64,000 bases of DNA. Origin: Mizuhopecten yessoensis (taxonomy: Eukaryota). Below, piece after piece: positions 33,472 to 61,610 of this stretch. A program made the position numbers and the translations under genes. The stretch's first letter is position 1, and each line of letters begins with the position of its first letter. The notes beneath the pieces are model-generated. The model was not told the origin of the DNA and did no database searches. It saw only the letters and a program-made list of their open reading frames with translations. The DNA is taken from assembly GCF_002113885.1 (NCBI RefSeq), contig NW_018403833.1:186001-250000 (forward strand), written 5' to 3'.

Positions 33472-35659
33472 GCTAAGATTTTTTTTATTCTTTCCATATT
33501 TTTATGAAAGTATTCCTCAATTTGGACAGACCAAACAAGTGATGATTCTTAAGTAGCCTCCAAAACGAGTACATATGAAACGACCACATCCATAGGTCAT
33601 GATCTGTGACTAGTAGAAATAGGAACCAATCAAATTCAATGTAACAAATCACTGATTGGCTCAATATACATCCAATGTAGTTATGTCCGATAAAGTTGAA
33701 TCGTGTTGCTATTAAAACAAATCTTCGGTTTGAATCCAAGTTTGAATTCAGTGATGACATCTGCATTAAGAGATGTTCACCTAAATAACAAAGTTTAAAC
33801 ATTCTGTTGAATAAAAAACAATGGAAAAATAACACTCGAGTGACAAGAAAAAATGATGGTTGACAAACCTATAACTACCAGATTTTTACAGGTGATGTAT
33901 CTTTTTGCCCGATTGGCTTTGTAAAAGGATAACTAACATGGCTGTTGGGAAGTTAAATGCAATTAACAAAGTAAATTTATAGCTCAGAAAATCTATAACA
34001 AAAAATTACAATATTAAGGTATAAGTACCAACATAAAAAGGTTGCCTACAGTTTGTCAACACAGACATGTAATCAACCATAAATGATGGCAACCTCAATC
34101 TGAACTCGGCAACCTCAATGTGAACTTTGAAAGCTCAACTGAAGATCCTTTGATTGCCTGTATAATGTGTGGGAGGGGTGTATGATATTATACCTTTAAA
34201 TATCTCATATTCTTGAATGTCAAAAATAAATTTGTTAACAATAACAGATTGGATAAATAAGACTTAACTGGCCATTTAATTGGTTCACTACTTTTCCTGT
34301 TAAGTGACCGAGCTGCACCAAGTTAGTTGAGTAAGGATCAAAGCATGGTGGTCCAGTAATGTGTTCAATTGTGTAGACTTTAATTTTCTCTGCCTGCAGT
34401 TCCTTGTCAACACATTAAAAAAAAAAGGTTAAAATACAGGCTGTTCTAATCACATAGAAGACAAAAGACAACGACATTGGTCTAGCATAAATCTGATGCA
34501 AGTATGCAATATTGCCATGTTGTACCATCCTTTTGGCCACACGCACACATCCACACACTGAAACAATCTCAATTTTTTGAGAAGGGCATCAGAAAGGGTA
34601 CTTAATCAAAGTTTGTACAAATGAAAACATTTCGGCACTTTTTTAGTTCTCAAAAGTTGTTAGGGGCAGGAGCGCCGACTTCTAAAGAGATGGACCAGTG
34701 GCTAGCTGCCTTGCAGTGCTCCTTGCCCCGTTTAGGGTCTGTTCTTAGTATACAAGCAAAGTTCCTAGTACATAAAGTCATGTACCTTATACAACAAAAT
34801 CAATATAATTCTTAGTACACACACATACATGTATATATGAATCACATAAAGACTGTAGTTCCAAGTACACATGTATTGTTCCCAGAACTCATGTACAAGA
34901 ATATCAGTTGTACTTTTTTGCTGGAATAATAAAGTTTAAAACAGTCACGACATCTTGACGCCCTACTTTCAAATACTAGATATATAATGAGGCATTTAAA
35001 ACAAACACATCTCAACATGCTAGCATGAAGATTTCTCTTGAGTACAACGCTAGAACTACCATAGGTAATCATATCTCATCACTATTTACAGGTAAACTAA
35101 ACGCAGTACATATATATACATATAAGTATATAATTTTTATCTTGAAAATTCCAGCCAATCTCGGGTTCTGAAACATTTACAAAATGTACATATTCATCAA
35201 TTTTTATACAATTGTTTTATTCTTTTTAAATAAGCAATAAATATAATTTGTACTTAATATTGACATAATTCTTTGTTTAAACCTGAGATTTCCACTATAC
35301 TCGAAGCTTTGAATATAAATCAAACATTTTTTCTTAACAGGTGTACCAATGCTAGAATCACACATCAATCAAAATTCATTCTGATTTTTTTCAAGTGTTA
35401 TCAGTAATATTATATGAATACAAGCAGAATTCAAATTTACAATCTCCAGTTAAAATGATCCAAAAACAAAGTATATTAACAAAGAAAGATGAAGGAAACA
35501 TTTTAGAATATCTCATGTGGACACTGAAGAATTAATCCATTGTGATTTTTTTTATAAATGATTACAACCTCAAAATAAATGTAACGCTAGGACTCTCTCC
35601 TGTCTCTCAACAATTAGTCTTTCTTATTCAAGGGGAACAACTCTGGATTGATATATTGA

Positions 35660-35749
35660 TTAACTCATTCACCCCTGAAGCTACATTCGTAGTCTTACAA
35701 TTCAAAGGTTGTGACAGCGCATTATGAATTTCAGGGGTGAATGAGTTAA
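35660..35749. mobile_element. TTAA-flanked MITE of about 90 bp (piggyBac-like), in the AHCYL 3'UTR
   Basis: TIR TTAACTCATTCACCCCTGAA ... TTCAGGGGTGAATGAGTTAA. Confidence 0.85.
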
Positions 35750-36476
35750 TGAATAGTAATAAACCCCTTTTTTCATTATTTTTCATGGGATTGGTTTTGC
35801 CAGTACTTAAATAACTGTGAAGACTGCAGTAAATTTTTGCAGTTTCAATTTACTTAATTTTGCTTAATATTTTGTTCCTACCAATAGACAAAGGTAATAG
35901 AGCTACATCATATATGAAAGCAGTCAAAAAATTTCTCTCATAATCAGAACAAGTAACGAACTTTCAGTATTGATTCAATCCACAGTAATATTAAACACAC
36001 TGACGTGAATGACAATCTACAACAGACCTAGCACAAAGTAATACACTAAGGTAATTTTAAAAATCAATGAATTTCAACAAATTTATACATCAATATTTTA
36101 TCACAAATCTCCCTCGCACCTCTAGCACCTAGTCATGGAAAGAAACAGACAAACATCCTAAGCCTGTTGAGTTACTCAATACCTAATGTATTGAGTAGAA
36201 GTCAAAGAACTTTTTACAAATTGTTCTTTTTTGTAATACCATTGATATGAAAATAACTTTGGATAAATTGATACGTCTTCATTAGTTGATGCAAGTAAAA
36301 TCAAAAGTTTGACCCCACACAATATTTTGTTTTAATCTTTGAAATAAACAAAATGGGGTTCCATTAACAGAAAAAATTGATATACATGCATATGGTGGTA
36401 GAACTGTTTAAGAATTTATTTTCTGTTTTGGAATTTGTTTCCCCCCTTAATTTATGACACTTTATACACAACAGTG

Positions 36477-36670
36477 TATTCCATAATACTTTTCGGATTG
36501 CAGAGTTATCTGGTCTTGTGAGCAGGTATTGATTGTTACGTCATTTGTTTGTGAGAGTGACGTCATCAATTTTTGAGAAAACGACGTAATTTTCTCACAC
36601 ACACCAATGAGGTAACAATCAATACCTGCTCACAAGAGCAGATAACTCTGCAATACGCAAAGACGGAATA
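36477..36670. mobile_element. Palindromic MITE (TATTCC...GGAATA) in the AHCYL 3'UTR
   Basis: Long arms TTGCAGAGTTATCTG.TCTTGTGAGCAGGTATTGATTGTTAC / GTAACAATCAATACCTGCTCACAAGA.CAGATAACTCTGCAA. Confidence 0.85.
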
Positions 36671-37878
36671 GGCATATATGATAGTTTGCACAAAAATCTA
36701 AAAGGTTCCACAAATGTTGGTTCACTATTACATTACCTGTACGTATCAGTCATCTGTACAAATGAAAATATGACAGTGAACAGTGAAACACAGGTCAACA
36801 AACATTAAATCTATGTGCATTTGGAAATTTCTGAAGTTAATTCTCTCAAATTGTCCAACAAACTTTGACAGATGATATGCAGTGCTTTATTAAACGTGCT
36901 TTATTATTAGAGTATTTTTGATATTCACAAAAAATTCTAAATGCCTGTTCGATTACGTAAACTCTTTCATAATAATTTAATTTAATGCCGCAAATTGAAG
37001 TGTTTGATTGACTATGTATAAACAAAGCAACATCAGACAGATTGTCAGTGTCGTAAAATCTGAACGGACTATAAAAAAAAAAAGGTTAAAATTCTGCATA
37101 GCCCATCTCATAACTAAGTTGTATATATACAGCTGTGGGCTTCCTCTCTTATGTAAAAACATGTTTTTTATTTACAGAACAACATATTAATCCATCACCT
37201 AATAAGATATAATTTTAACATATATAATAATTTTTGCTGATAATTTAAAGCTACAATCTATGTAAGAGAAGTTGAAGCACAAAAAATGGTGGTTTTTACC
37301 GTAACATAAACTTCATTTACTTTCACAATGGTACTCAAAATTTCATATCAAAGATCTACTGATACAGTTGAACCCGGATGATTATCATGAGAGTTTTGAT
37401 CTGAAATTATTTTAATATTTAACAAGTCTGATTGTACAGAACATTCTTATGGGTTTGCAACGTATTATTACGGACATTCTTTAAATTTCAACAATTTTTT
37501 TCAAAGAAATTGCAATAAAATGTATAGACACCTTACAGATATCAACTCTCATAATTTCATATTAAATTTCAGGTAAAACATTACAAGTATGCTTGATTAT
37601 AACATTTCATTATACGGCAGACAACTTTGATAATTTATTTGAATTATCATAAACAAAATCAACATCATTATTTGAAATCATGTTCATCATTAAAAATCCC
37701 TATTAACAGGCTCTTTCTGTGCGAGTTATCCTAACAATTACAGCGTAACCATGACGACAGTAACTGGTGATTTCCTTGCATCACTGTTGTCATGGTTACT
37801 TGGAATGCCCACTTCCTGTTGTGTGATCGTGACGGGTTGTCCTGGAGTCGTGGAATGGTGATGATGTTGCGTAGGTTT

Positions 37879-52898
<15,020 letters not shown>

Positions 52899-52904
52899 CT
52901 ACAA

Positions 52905-53990
52905 CACACAAATCAAGGAGGTCAGTAGAGGTCACAAACAAATCAAGGAGGTCAGTAGAGGTAAGACAAATCAGGGAGGTCAATAGAGGTAAGACAAATC
53001 AGAGAGGTCAATAGAGGTAAGACAAATCAGAGAGGTCAATAGAGGTAAGACAAATCAGGGAGGTCAATAGAGGTAAGACAAATCAGGGAGGTCAATAGAG
53101 GTAAGACAAATCAGGGAGGTCAATAGAGGTAAGACAAATCAGGGAGGTCAATAGAGGTAAGACAAATCAGGGAGGTCAATAGAGGTAAGACAAATCAGGG
53201 AGGTCAATAGAGGTAAGACAAATCAGGGAGGTCAATAGAGGTAAGACAAATCAGGGAGGTCAATAGAGGTAAGACAAATCAGAGAGGTCAATAGAGGTAA
53301 GACAAATCAGGGAGGTCAATAGAGGTAAGACAAATCAGGGAGGTCAATAGAGGTAAGACAAATCAGAGAGGTCAATAGAGGTAAGACAAATCAGGGAGGT
53401 CAATAGAGGTAAGACAAATCAGGGAGGTCAATAGAGGTAAGACAAATCAGGGAGGTCAATAGAGGTAAGACAAATCAGGGAGGTCAATAGAGGTAAGACA
53501 AATCAGGGAGGTCAATAGAGGTAAGACAAATCAGGGAGGTCAATAGAGGTAAGACAAATCAGGGAGGTCAATAGAGGTAAGACAAATCAGGGAGGTCAAT
53601 AGAGGTAAGACAAATCAGGGAGGTCAATAGAGGTAAGACAAATCAGGGAGGTCAATAGAGGTAAGACAAATCAGGGAGGTCAATAGAGGTAAGACAAATC
53701 AGGGAGGTCAATAGAGGTAAGACAAATCAGGGAGGTCAATAGAGGTAAGACAAATCAGGGAGGTCAATAGAGGTAAGACAAATCAGGGAGGTCAATAGAG
53801 GACACACAAATCAATGAGGTCAATAGAGGTTGCATACAAATCAAAGAGGTCAACAGGGATCACACACAGATCAAGGAGGGCAATAAAGGTCACATATATA
53901 TCAACAATGCCAATCAAGGTCACACATATATCAACGATGCCAATCAAGGTCACACATATATCAACGATGCCAATAAAGGTCACACACAAG
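52905..53990. repeat. 28-bp minisatellite (about 30 near-identical units plus degenerate flanks)
   Basis: GACAAATCAGGGAGGTCAATAGAGGTAA. Confidence 0.97.
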
Positions 53991-54284
53991 TGTTCTTTAT
54001 AAAGATCAAAAACAGTTCTTAGGTACATTGTAGCCACAAACATAATACAGCTGACAAAGGTCACAACATAAGAACAAGTCTCTTATAGCTGTTACAGACC
54101 ATGTATTAGTCAGTCAAGTTAGGGGAGTAATGTAGTAATCACAGTCATCATAGTCACATAGGTCATGTGGAGGTCAAACAGGTCATGTGGAGGTCGCAGA
54201 GACCATAGCATTGTCACAGGTCACATAATGGTCAATACAGTCATTCATGTAGTGATCGCAGAGGTCAAGTAATGTCAGAGGTCA

Positions 54285-54665
54285 TAAATGGCCAGAGGTC
54301 ATGTCGTGGTCACAAAGAGCAAGTAAAGTCAGAGCTGCATCATAAGTGGCCAGAGGTCATGTCATGATGGTCACAGAGGGCAAGTAAAGTCAGAGCTAAT
54401 AAGTGGCCAGAGGTCATGCCATGATGGTCACAGAGGGCAAGTAAAGTCAGAGCTCATAAGTGGCCAGAGGTCATGTCATGATGGTCACAGAGGGCAAGTA
54501 AAGTCAGAGCTGCATCATAAGTGGCCAGAGGCCAGAGGTCATGTCATGATGGTCACAGAGGGCAAGTAAAGTCAGAGCTCTTAAGTGGCCAGAGGTCATG
54601 TCGTGGTCACAGAGGGCAAGTAAAGTCAGAGCTCATAAGTGGCCAGAGGTCATCTCGTGGTCACA
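54285..54665. repeat. Minisatellite of about 55-60 bp, rich in AGGTCA
   Basis: AAGTGGCCAGAGGTCATGTCATGATGGTCACAGAGGGCAAGTAAAGTCAGAGC. Confidence 0.9.
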
Positions 54666-56947
54666 CAGGTTACATGAGATCTTAATTTAATATAGTCACA
54701 GAGGTGATGAAGTCACAGCTAACATTTAGTAGTCAAAAGGGATCATAATTATAACAGACAGGTTACCTATCAATTACATCATAGGTCTTAGATACAGTTG
54801 TCATAGTTACTATGTTCACAAACCTATAAACTGTTTTAACACACTGAATAAAATGGACACAACTGCAGAAACTGCACACATTTTGGCACGTACAATAAAA
54901 GGATATATATAAAAGCTGCATCTGAAACATACATTTATGCCAAAAATCTTAAATCGACTTTCCCCAACGAGTACATATTGCAGATTAATATAAAATATAG
55001 AAATGATTATCCCAGCACAAAATAAATCTGAGTCGGGGAAATGTTTTTGCATCACAGCAAACGGCAGATTGGATGGAGGCTGTATAACGAGATCTCCAGC
55101 GAAGAAGAGGTAACAACATTGATTCGTTAATGACAGGTTCCTGTATCCTTTATTCACAATCAATGCTATCCAATCAGCACCAATGATAGTACCAGACTCA
55201 TTCCCTCCGAACACTAAATCAGTGCAAAACACCAGGCCATGCCTTAGGCTCGCATCAATATATCAAGGTTTCTTTTCAATTATAGGTAATTGATGAATGT
55301 AGATCATCCGAGGCCTGTAAGGTTTAATAAAATGTGTTGCCATCTCTAGGGACTGACAAATCTTTGACCATCAATGACACATAGAAATGGTGACCACAAG
55401 AATGTTAAATGTGAACTGAAATAACACTAATTGCAGAAAGCTGACCAACATAAAATGACCTACTTTCGTTTGCAAAGTCAAGACACACTTAGAATATGCT
55501 TGTATCTGAAACCGTTATATTATTGCCTTATAAATTCTTTGCTTTTTGAACTTGAAAAGTGAATTGCCTGCTATTTAATTTCTCAGCTGGCAGAGTCTAG
55601 TGACACATGACATTGCATGAATTCTTTCTTCTTTCTTGGCAAGTGCTGACCCAAAAGGGATTGCTCAGGTCTATTCATAGAAGCCAAAAACAGTCTTTTG
55701 TATGACTATCTAGCAACATGTTCTTTGAGGAGAAATATAAATCAATGACAAACATATTGATAAATTTTGGGTAGCTGTTCCAGATTCTGCCCATCGGAAG
55801 TTTTATACAAGTATTAGGTATACAGATTGACAGGATCAGGTTATTTGTGGCCATGATAGAAACCCGTCTAGCTTAGCTACAGCCACATGCTCTGCTCTCA
55901 TAATGGATACCAAAGGCGCACGGCAGTAAATCAAGTTCACAGATACGTCATCAATCACCCAAAAGACAAAAATTCCATGAAGAAAAACAACATAATTCAG
56001 AAATGTGGTCATATATCATTGATTACAAAATGGAAACTAATTTCCTTCAGCAAAAATTTCATTATATACATCCTTATTAATTGATGACAAATTCGGTTGT
56101 TTTGAACTCCATCACATACATCTATTAACCACATGCACAATCGATATGGATTGCAATGTATCGGAGAAATCCGTCTTGATATCAGCAGATTGTGAGGGAT
56201 ACAGGACACATATGTTAGGAAAGTTGGTTGCTGTTTCCCATTACCTCAAATATAGGCTCCCTTGAGTGTCAGAGAATTGCACAGCTGGAGCTGAAAAGAC
56301 CTACCAATTATGCTATTCTTGTTAAGATGGAATGTCCCAGAAATCAGTATTTTATCTCCAGTAAAAAGACATCTCTCCAATGGGGATTCCATCTCTGCTC
56401 CTTTTGATGAGATTATAAACAGCTTATAAGTATCCTTTCACTTTTCTACAACAATGCTTAGAACAATATTGAAATGCTCTAACTCCCTTAAAATAGGGTC
56501 TACAACCTTAGCAAAGTGAAGGGGCTCTCTACCTTAACATGTACGAAGTTATAACACTGTAACCATGCTCGCCACCAACAACACTTGTAAAACCAAAACA
56601 GAATCTCAGATAATTAAAAGAGGATTATTTGACAGAATTTTGACTAATTAGTGAAATCAAAACTCACAAAGTTGTTATTTTCACCGATAATTATCAGAGG
56701 AGTTCTGGGGACTTGTATCAAATTTTAGAAATTGAGAATTAATTAAGTTCTTCATTGATTTAGAATAAAACTAACTTAAAAGATTTCAGATGACTTGTTT
56801 TTAAAAATAAGTTCAAAAACCAAAGGATAGAAATTATTAATAAAGAAGAAATGTCATGTAGAAAAGTTCATGTAGCACAAAAAGCAAAATGCGTAATGTT
56901 TCGATGACAGGTATGAAATGTACTGTCACCTCCATCAGACCTGTTAT

Positions 56948-57097
56948 AGAGACAATGGGAACATATTAACAAGACGTCATAGAGACAATGGGAACATATT
57001 AACAAGACGTCAAAGACACACTGGGAACATATTAACAAGATGTCAAAGACACACTGGGAACATATTAACAAGATGTCAAAGACACACTGGGAACATA
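56948..57097. repeat. Tandem repeat of about 33 bp, 4-5 copies
   Basis: AGACACACTGGGAACATATTAACAAGATGTCAA. Confidence 0.85.
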
Positions 57098-58212
57098 GAT
57101 ACATGAAGCAGGATGTCACAGAGGTAGGAAACATCACAGACTGAATCACAAGTATGTCAAGGTGTCAACCAGCAACTGTTTCAGTCCATGTTGTTGGTGA
57201 CATTTTACTGACAGCTAAACAGCTGCAGGGTATCTGTAAATTTCGTAAATAATTGGTTTGACGTTCCTCAACTAATGCCTTGTAACAGGCATATATAGGG
57301 ACACAGGTGATTCCATGTTAGAAGCAACCTTATTGATTTACTGGCCGACAAACCTCATACCTAATTAAATTTGGCATGCCTGCATTTTCTTAAAAGTTGT
57401 CACATATGATTGGTGTCAGTGAGAGAGTTGGTGATTGTCATTGATTAGGAGCAACAGCTACCCACACTTGATGCTGATTTAATTGTTTATCAATTTATTA
57501 GCCACCTTCCCCTCCATCCATTACCAAGATACTATCCGACACTTAAATACCATAATGCCAGTAATTATCGAAAGCAAGTAGCCATTTAAATATAGTAGAA
57601 GAGACCTGGTTTTGGTGATTATCAGTTGGTAAAATCAGAAATACATCAATGGCAAGTTTCCTTATAAACAAAATTATGTATATATAGTTTGAATTTAATT
57701 TCTAGATACTAAACTTAACTTCTACTTGAATCATATTGTTAAGGGTATATATATACCATGCCACCTAATGTGATGGGAATCTCCTTTTCTAAAGAGTTCC
57801 ATCAAAACAAATTTGTAATAAATACTTTAACTTCTATGTCAGGTACCATACACCCTTAAAGAAGAAGAAATGTCACAGACAACCTTTGATAGTCCAAAGA
57901 ATGATAGATGTTTCACTGTATCAGGCCTTGTTCACGTTGATGTTTTTAATTCTGGTGTCAAGACAGCATGTATAGGCCTTGAAATTACCAAGCAAAGTTT
58001 ATTAGTTTGATTGAAACAAAACATAAATGATGCTGTAAGGGGTCAAATGAACCCGCATAGAATATAAAGATACTTTCAGTATCCTAACTTATACTTATAA
58101 ACCCTCCACAATCACAGAACAGTAATCTTCGCTATTATTCTCCACTTTTTGCAAGACCAGCCAATAGAAGCTTTAATTTGACAATGCTATTTTGTCCTGT
58201 GCCCTTTTATAT

Positions 58213-58283
58213 TTAACCCTTTCAAACCTATGTTACTTTAGAAGACTCTACCATGCATTGATCTGGATGCATTCATTATAGTC
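58213..58283. mobile_element. Related but diverged TTAA-type MITE
   Basis: TTAACCCTTTCAA ... TTGAAAGGGTAAA. Confidence 0.5.
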
Positions 58284-59161
58284 TACAGTGTTGAAAGGGT
58301 AAAGGAGATGTTAGCTCAACTCTCATGAAAAACAAACAGATAATTTAACATTTCAAATAAAATCTCAACACCACAATGTCTATAATGCAGTACCACAACG
58401 TCGGATGAAAACTATTTCAGAAAATATCCTGGAATAAAATTTGACTATGGTTGTGTGATGAAACTGTAGATACATTTGAAGTTTTCAATTTCAACAGTTT
58501 TGAGAATGGTCTTTTGATAACACTTAAAATTTGACAGTCTGTAATAATCTAGCTTTAAACAAGTTTTTTTTACAGCAAAGTGCCTGGATTCCTCATATTT
58601 CATACTTGTTAATCTCATTTAGACATGAATATGACAGCATCATTTCAACATTTCTATAAACAGTAATGTTTCCTTGTTTTATAGCGCGACGCTAAGTGGC
58701 GTATGAGCACTTACAAGTGTTTATAACGTTCACCGCATTCTGAGCGACAAGCTGATGGCGTCTCTGTCAATACAGACTCATCCTCTGTCTAGGTGAACAC
58801 TTTCCAGGTAATCTGTTTAGCTGACACTACAACACCGATCAATCAGGGACGAAATACCAAAACAGTCCCTTGTCCGAAATACACGAAACTTCGATGACAA
58901 TTTGTGTCTGTGCAGTAATGATCAGAAATGGGCTTTTTCCTGTGTGATGATAGAATGTTAGTTAGCTGTCCATGTGCTTTTTTCTCAAATTTATGAAGTG
59001 GCGTCAGCAACATATGCCAGATCCGAGTTCTAAAACTCCTAAAGCTTGGCCACAAACAGAAGGGCTAATGTTACTTTGTTTAAATTCAAAGCCAAAGTTC
59101 AGTTTAATCCTAAACCTATGAAATACGTCATTTTGTCTCTTTTATACCTTACAGAGGCGTT

Positions 59162-59690
59162 AACAAGAGTACCGCGGGGCGGAACAATATACGCCCGTTG
59201 AATGCCATTTAGTGTTATATACTCTCTTACATTGAAATAAGATCTGCATCATTCTAAGAGTGGTTAGCTGACATGCTATAAAAAATGTAGGAGAAAATCT
59301 CCGGACATAAAATCAAATACTGAAATGAACAAAGGGCAATTACTTTTGCAAAAATCGTAGAATCAAAATTCTTCTAAGGGTACCACAACTTTATATCATG
59401 ATTATAATGTATACTAAGTTTCGAAGAGATTCGTTGAAAAATGTAGGAGGAGATCTCCGGACAAAAAATCAAATACTGAAATGAACAAAAGGCAATAACT
59501 TTTGGAAAAATTGTTGAATCAAAATTCTGTTAAGGGAGCCACAACTTCATATCATGATTATAATGTATACCACGTTTCATAGAGATCGGTTGCAAAATGT
59601 AGGAGGAGATTGCCGGACAAACAAAAGTTTACGCCGAACAGACGACGCCATACTATAATTCATACTCCCGTCTTTAACGGGCGTATAAAA
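59162..59690 (-). mobile_element. Intact HINE/Helentron-type element (family A)
   Basis: Subterminal IR ATACGCCCGTT / AACGGGCGTAT; internal units of about 156 bp starting near 59281, 59437 and 59594. Confidence 0.8.
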
Positions 59691-61119
59691 CAGGATTTAA
59701 ATACCTATATATTCTCAACAAATAAATAAACAGAAAGAGAATTTTATCAAAATTTTATCATCAATTTCACATATGATATTTGCAACCCTGAAACTGCATG
59801 AACAGGAGCAGATCCTGAATTTCAAACATGTTTTTAGACCAATGAGTCAAACAAAATGTTATACGCATAACTTTTATTTTCATTTAATTGCATATCAAAA
59901 TCCTTGTTAATAGGAATGTCAGGAAACATAGGTGATTAACTGTAAAGCAGGATATTTCCATGGGGAACATGATTATCTATATTTTCACCATTTCCTTAAT
60001 GATCGCAAAAGATGTGATCAGCGGAAAAAATACAGCATGCATACAAATAAGCTGTGATAATTAGCTTCATAATCGTAATTTCATCGCGGGAGAGCAGACA
60101 TGCATGACAACGGCCTACTTGTTAAGTTACCCTCTATATACAGTTTGCTGTAAGACTACATGTAACATCCAAAAACATCAGCAGCATAACACATTATGCT
60201 TACTTTGCAAACACAACACGGACCACTGGCAATACAAAACCCAAAGACCTTTAACATGAATGTTTTAAAAGGAGGAAGGAAAATCAACTTCTAGAATTTC
60301 ACTTTGGTTGTAGATGAACACAGGCTCAGTAAAGTGTTGTTATTTCCAGGGAAATTCTATTAACGTTCTTTACTTATAACGTAAATGTAAGCAAATGAAA
60401 TTAACTGAACCATTTGGAATTTTTATATATAATAATGCAGAGCTAAACACAGACAGTGCTTTTTCTCCACACAATGTGTAGTATTTGGTCCCATGACATT
60501 CGTTGTGATGTACGACAGTCAATAATTTAAAATTGATTTTCTGAATTTTGTGAAAAAAATTGATGCCTCTGCCTGACAATTACAAAATCTTCTCAAATAA
60601 CTGAAAAATAAATTGATTACACTACACAACAGCAGACACTTTTTATATTCCCCCCTTGGTAGAAGTCTTCTGTCTTCTACAAATGGAATTCTACACTTCA
60701 TGTGTCTAGGATGACTAATACTACATATCTGACACCCAAACTTTTTTTTTTTTTTTTTTTTTTTTTNNNNNNTGTTTTATTCCCCCAGCATCTTTGGGAG
60801 GGATGCCAGGGTTGGGGTGCCCCGGAATCATCCCTCTTACATACAAAATCTTACTCAAAGAGTCTATCGAGTTTGTGTTCTGCATGAAAACCTTCACGCC
60901 ACCTCCATCATTTCTACAGAATTTGAATAAATTGATCTGGCCGCAGTCTGCTCCCTCAATAATGGCAGAAGTTGATGAAGTCCAGTGCAATATATTGCCT
61001 TTGACCAACACTTATTCTGCTATAATCTAATAACCAGCGTCATCCTTCACCATTTCACTGTCACCATTACACTCGCTGGTAAATCACAATAGGACCAAAC
61101 TTGATTCTCAATCATCATG

Positions 61120-61610
61120 ACTCACAGACCAAACTCAATTCTGATCCCGCCATGACTAGGCCAAAAGTCAGTTCTCGTCTCAAACAACTCGCAGACCAAA
61201 CTCAATTCTGATCCCGCCATGACTAGGCCAAAAGTCAGTTCTCGTCTCAAAACAACTCGCAGACCAAACTCAATTCTGATCCTGCCATGACTACCCTAGA
61301 CCAAAAGTCAGTTCTCGTCTCAAAACAACTTGCAGACCAAACTCAGTTCTGATCCCGCCATGACAAGGCCAAAAGTCAGTTCTCGTCTCAAAACAACTAA
61401 GACTGAACAGTTCTTGTCTCAAAACAACTGGGAGACCAAAGTCAGTTCTAATCTCATCACAACTCGGAGACCAAAGTCAGTTCTATTTTCATCACAACTC
61501 GGAGACTAAAGTCAGTTCTCATTTCATCACAACTCGGAGACTAAAGTCAGTTCTAATCTCATCACAACTCGGAGACTAAAGTCAGTTCTAGTTTCAACAC
61601 GACTAGGACC
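61120..61610. repeat. Compound degenerate minisatellite (units of about 68 bp, then about 33 bp)
   Basis: Recurrent CAGACCAAACTCAATTCTGATCCCGCCATGAC and AAAGTCAGTTCT..TCTCA..ACAACTCGGAGAC. Confidence 0.85.

Noticed and set aside
25435-37878. miR-96/182/183 cluster, expected from vertebrate synteny downstream of NRF1
   Set aside because: A visual scan of GGCACT/AGTGCC hits found no mature-miRNA match; a miRBase search would be definitive
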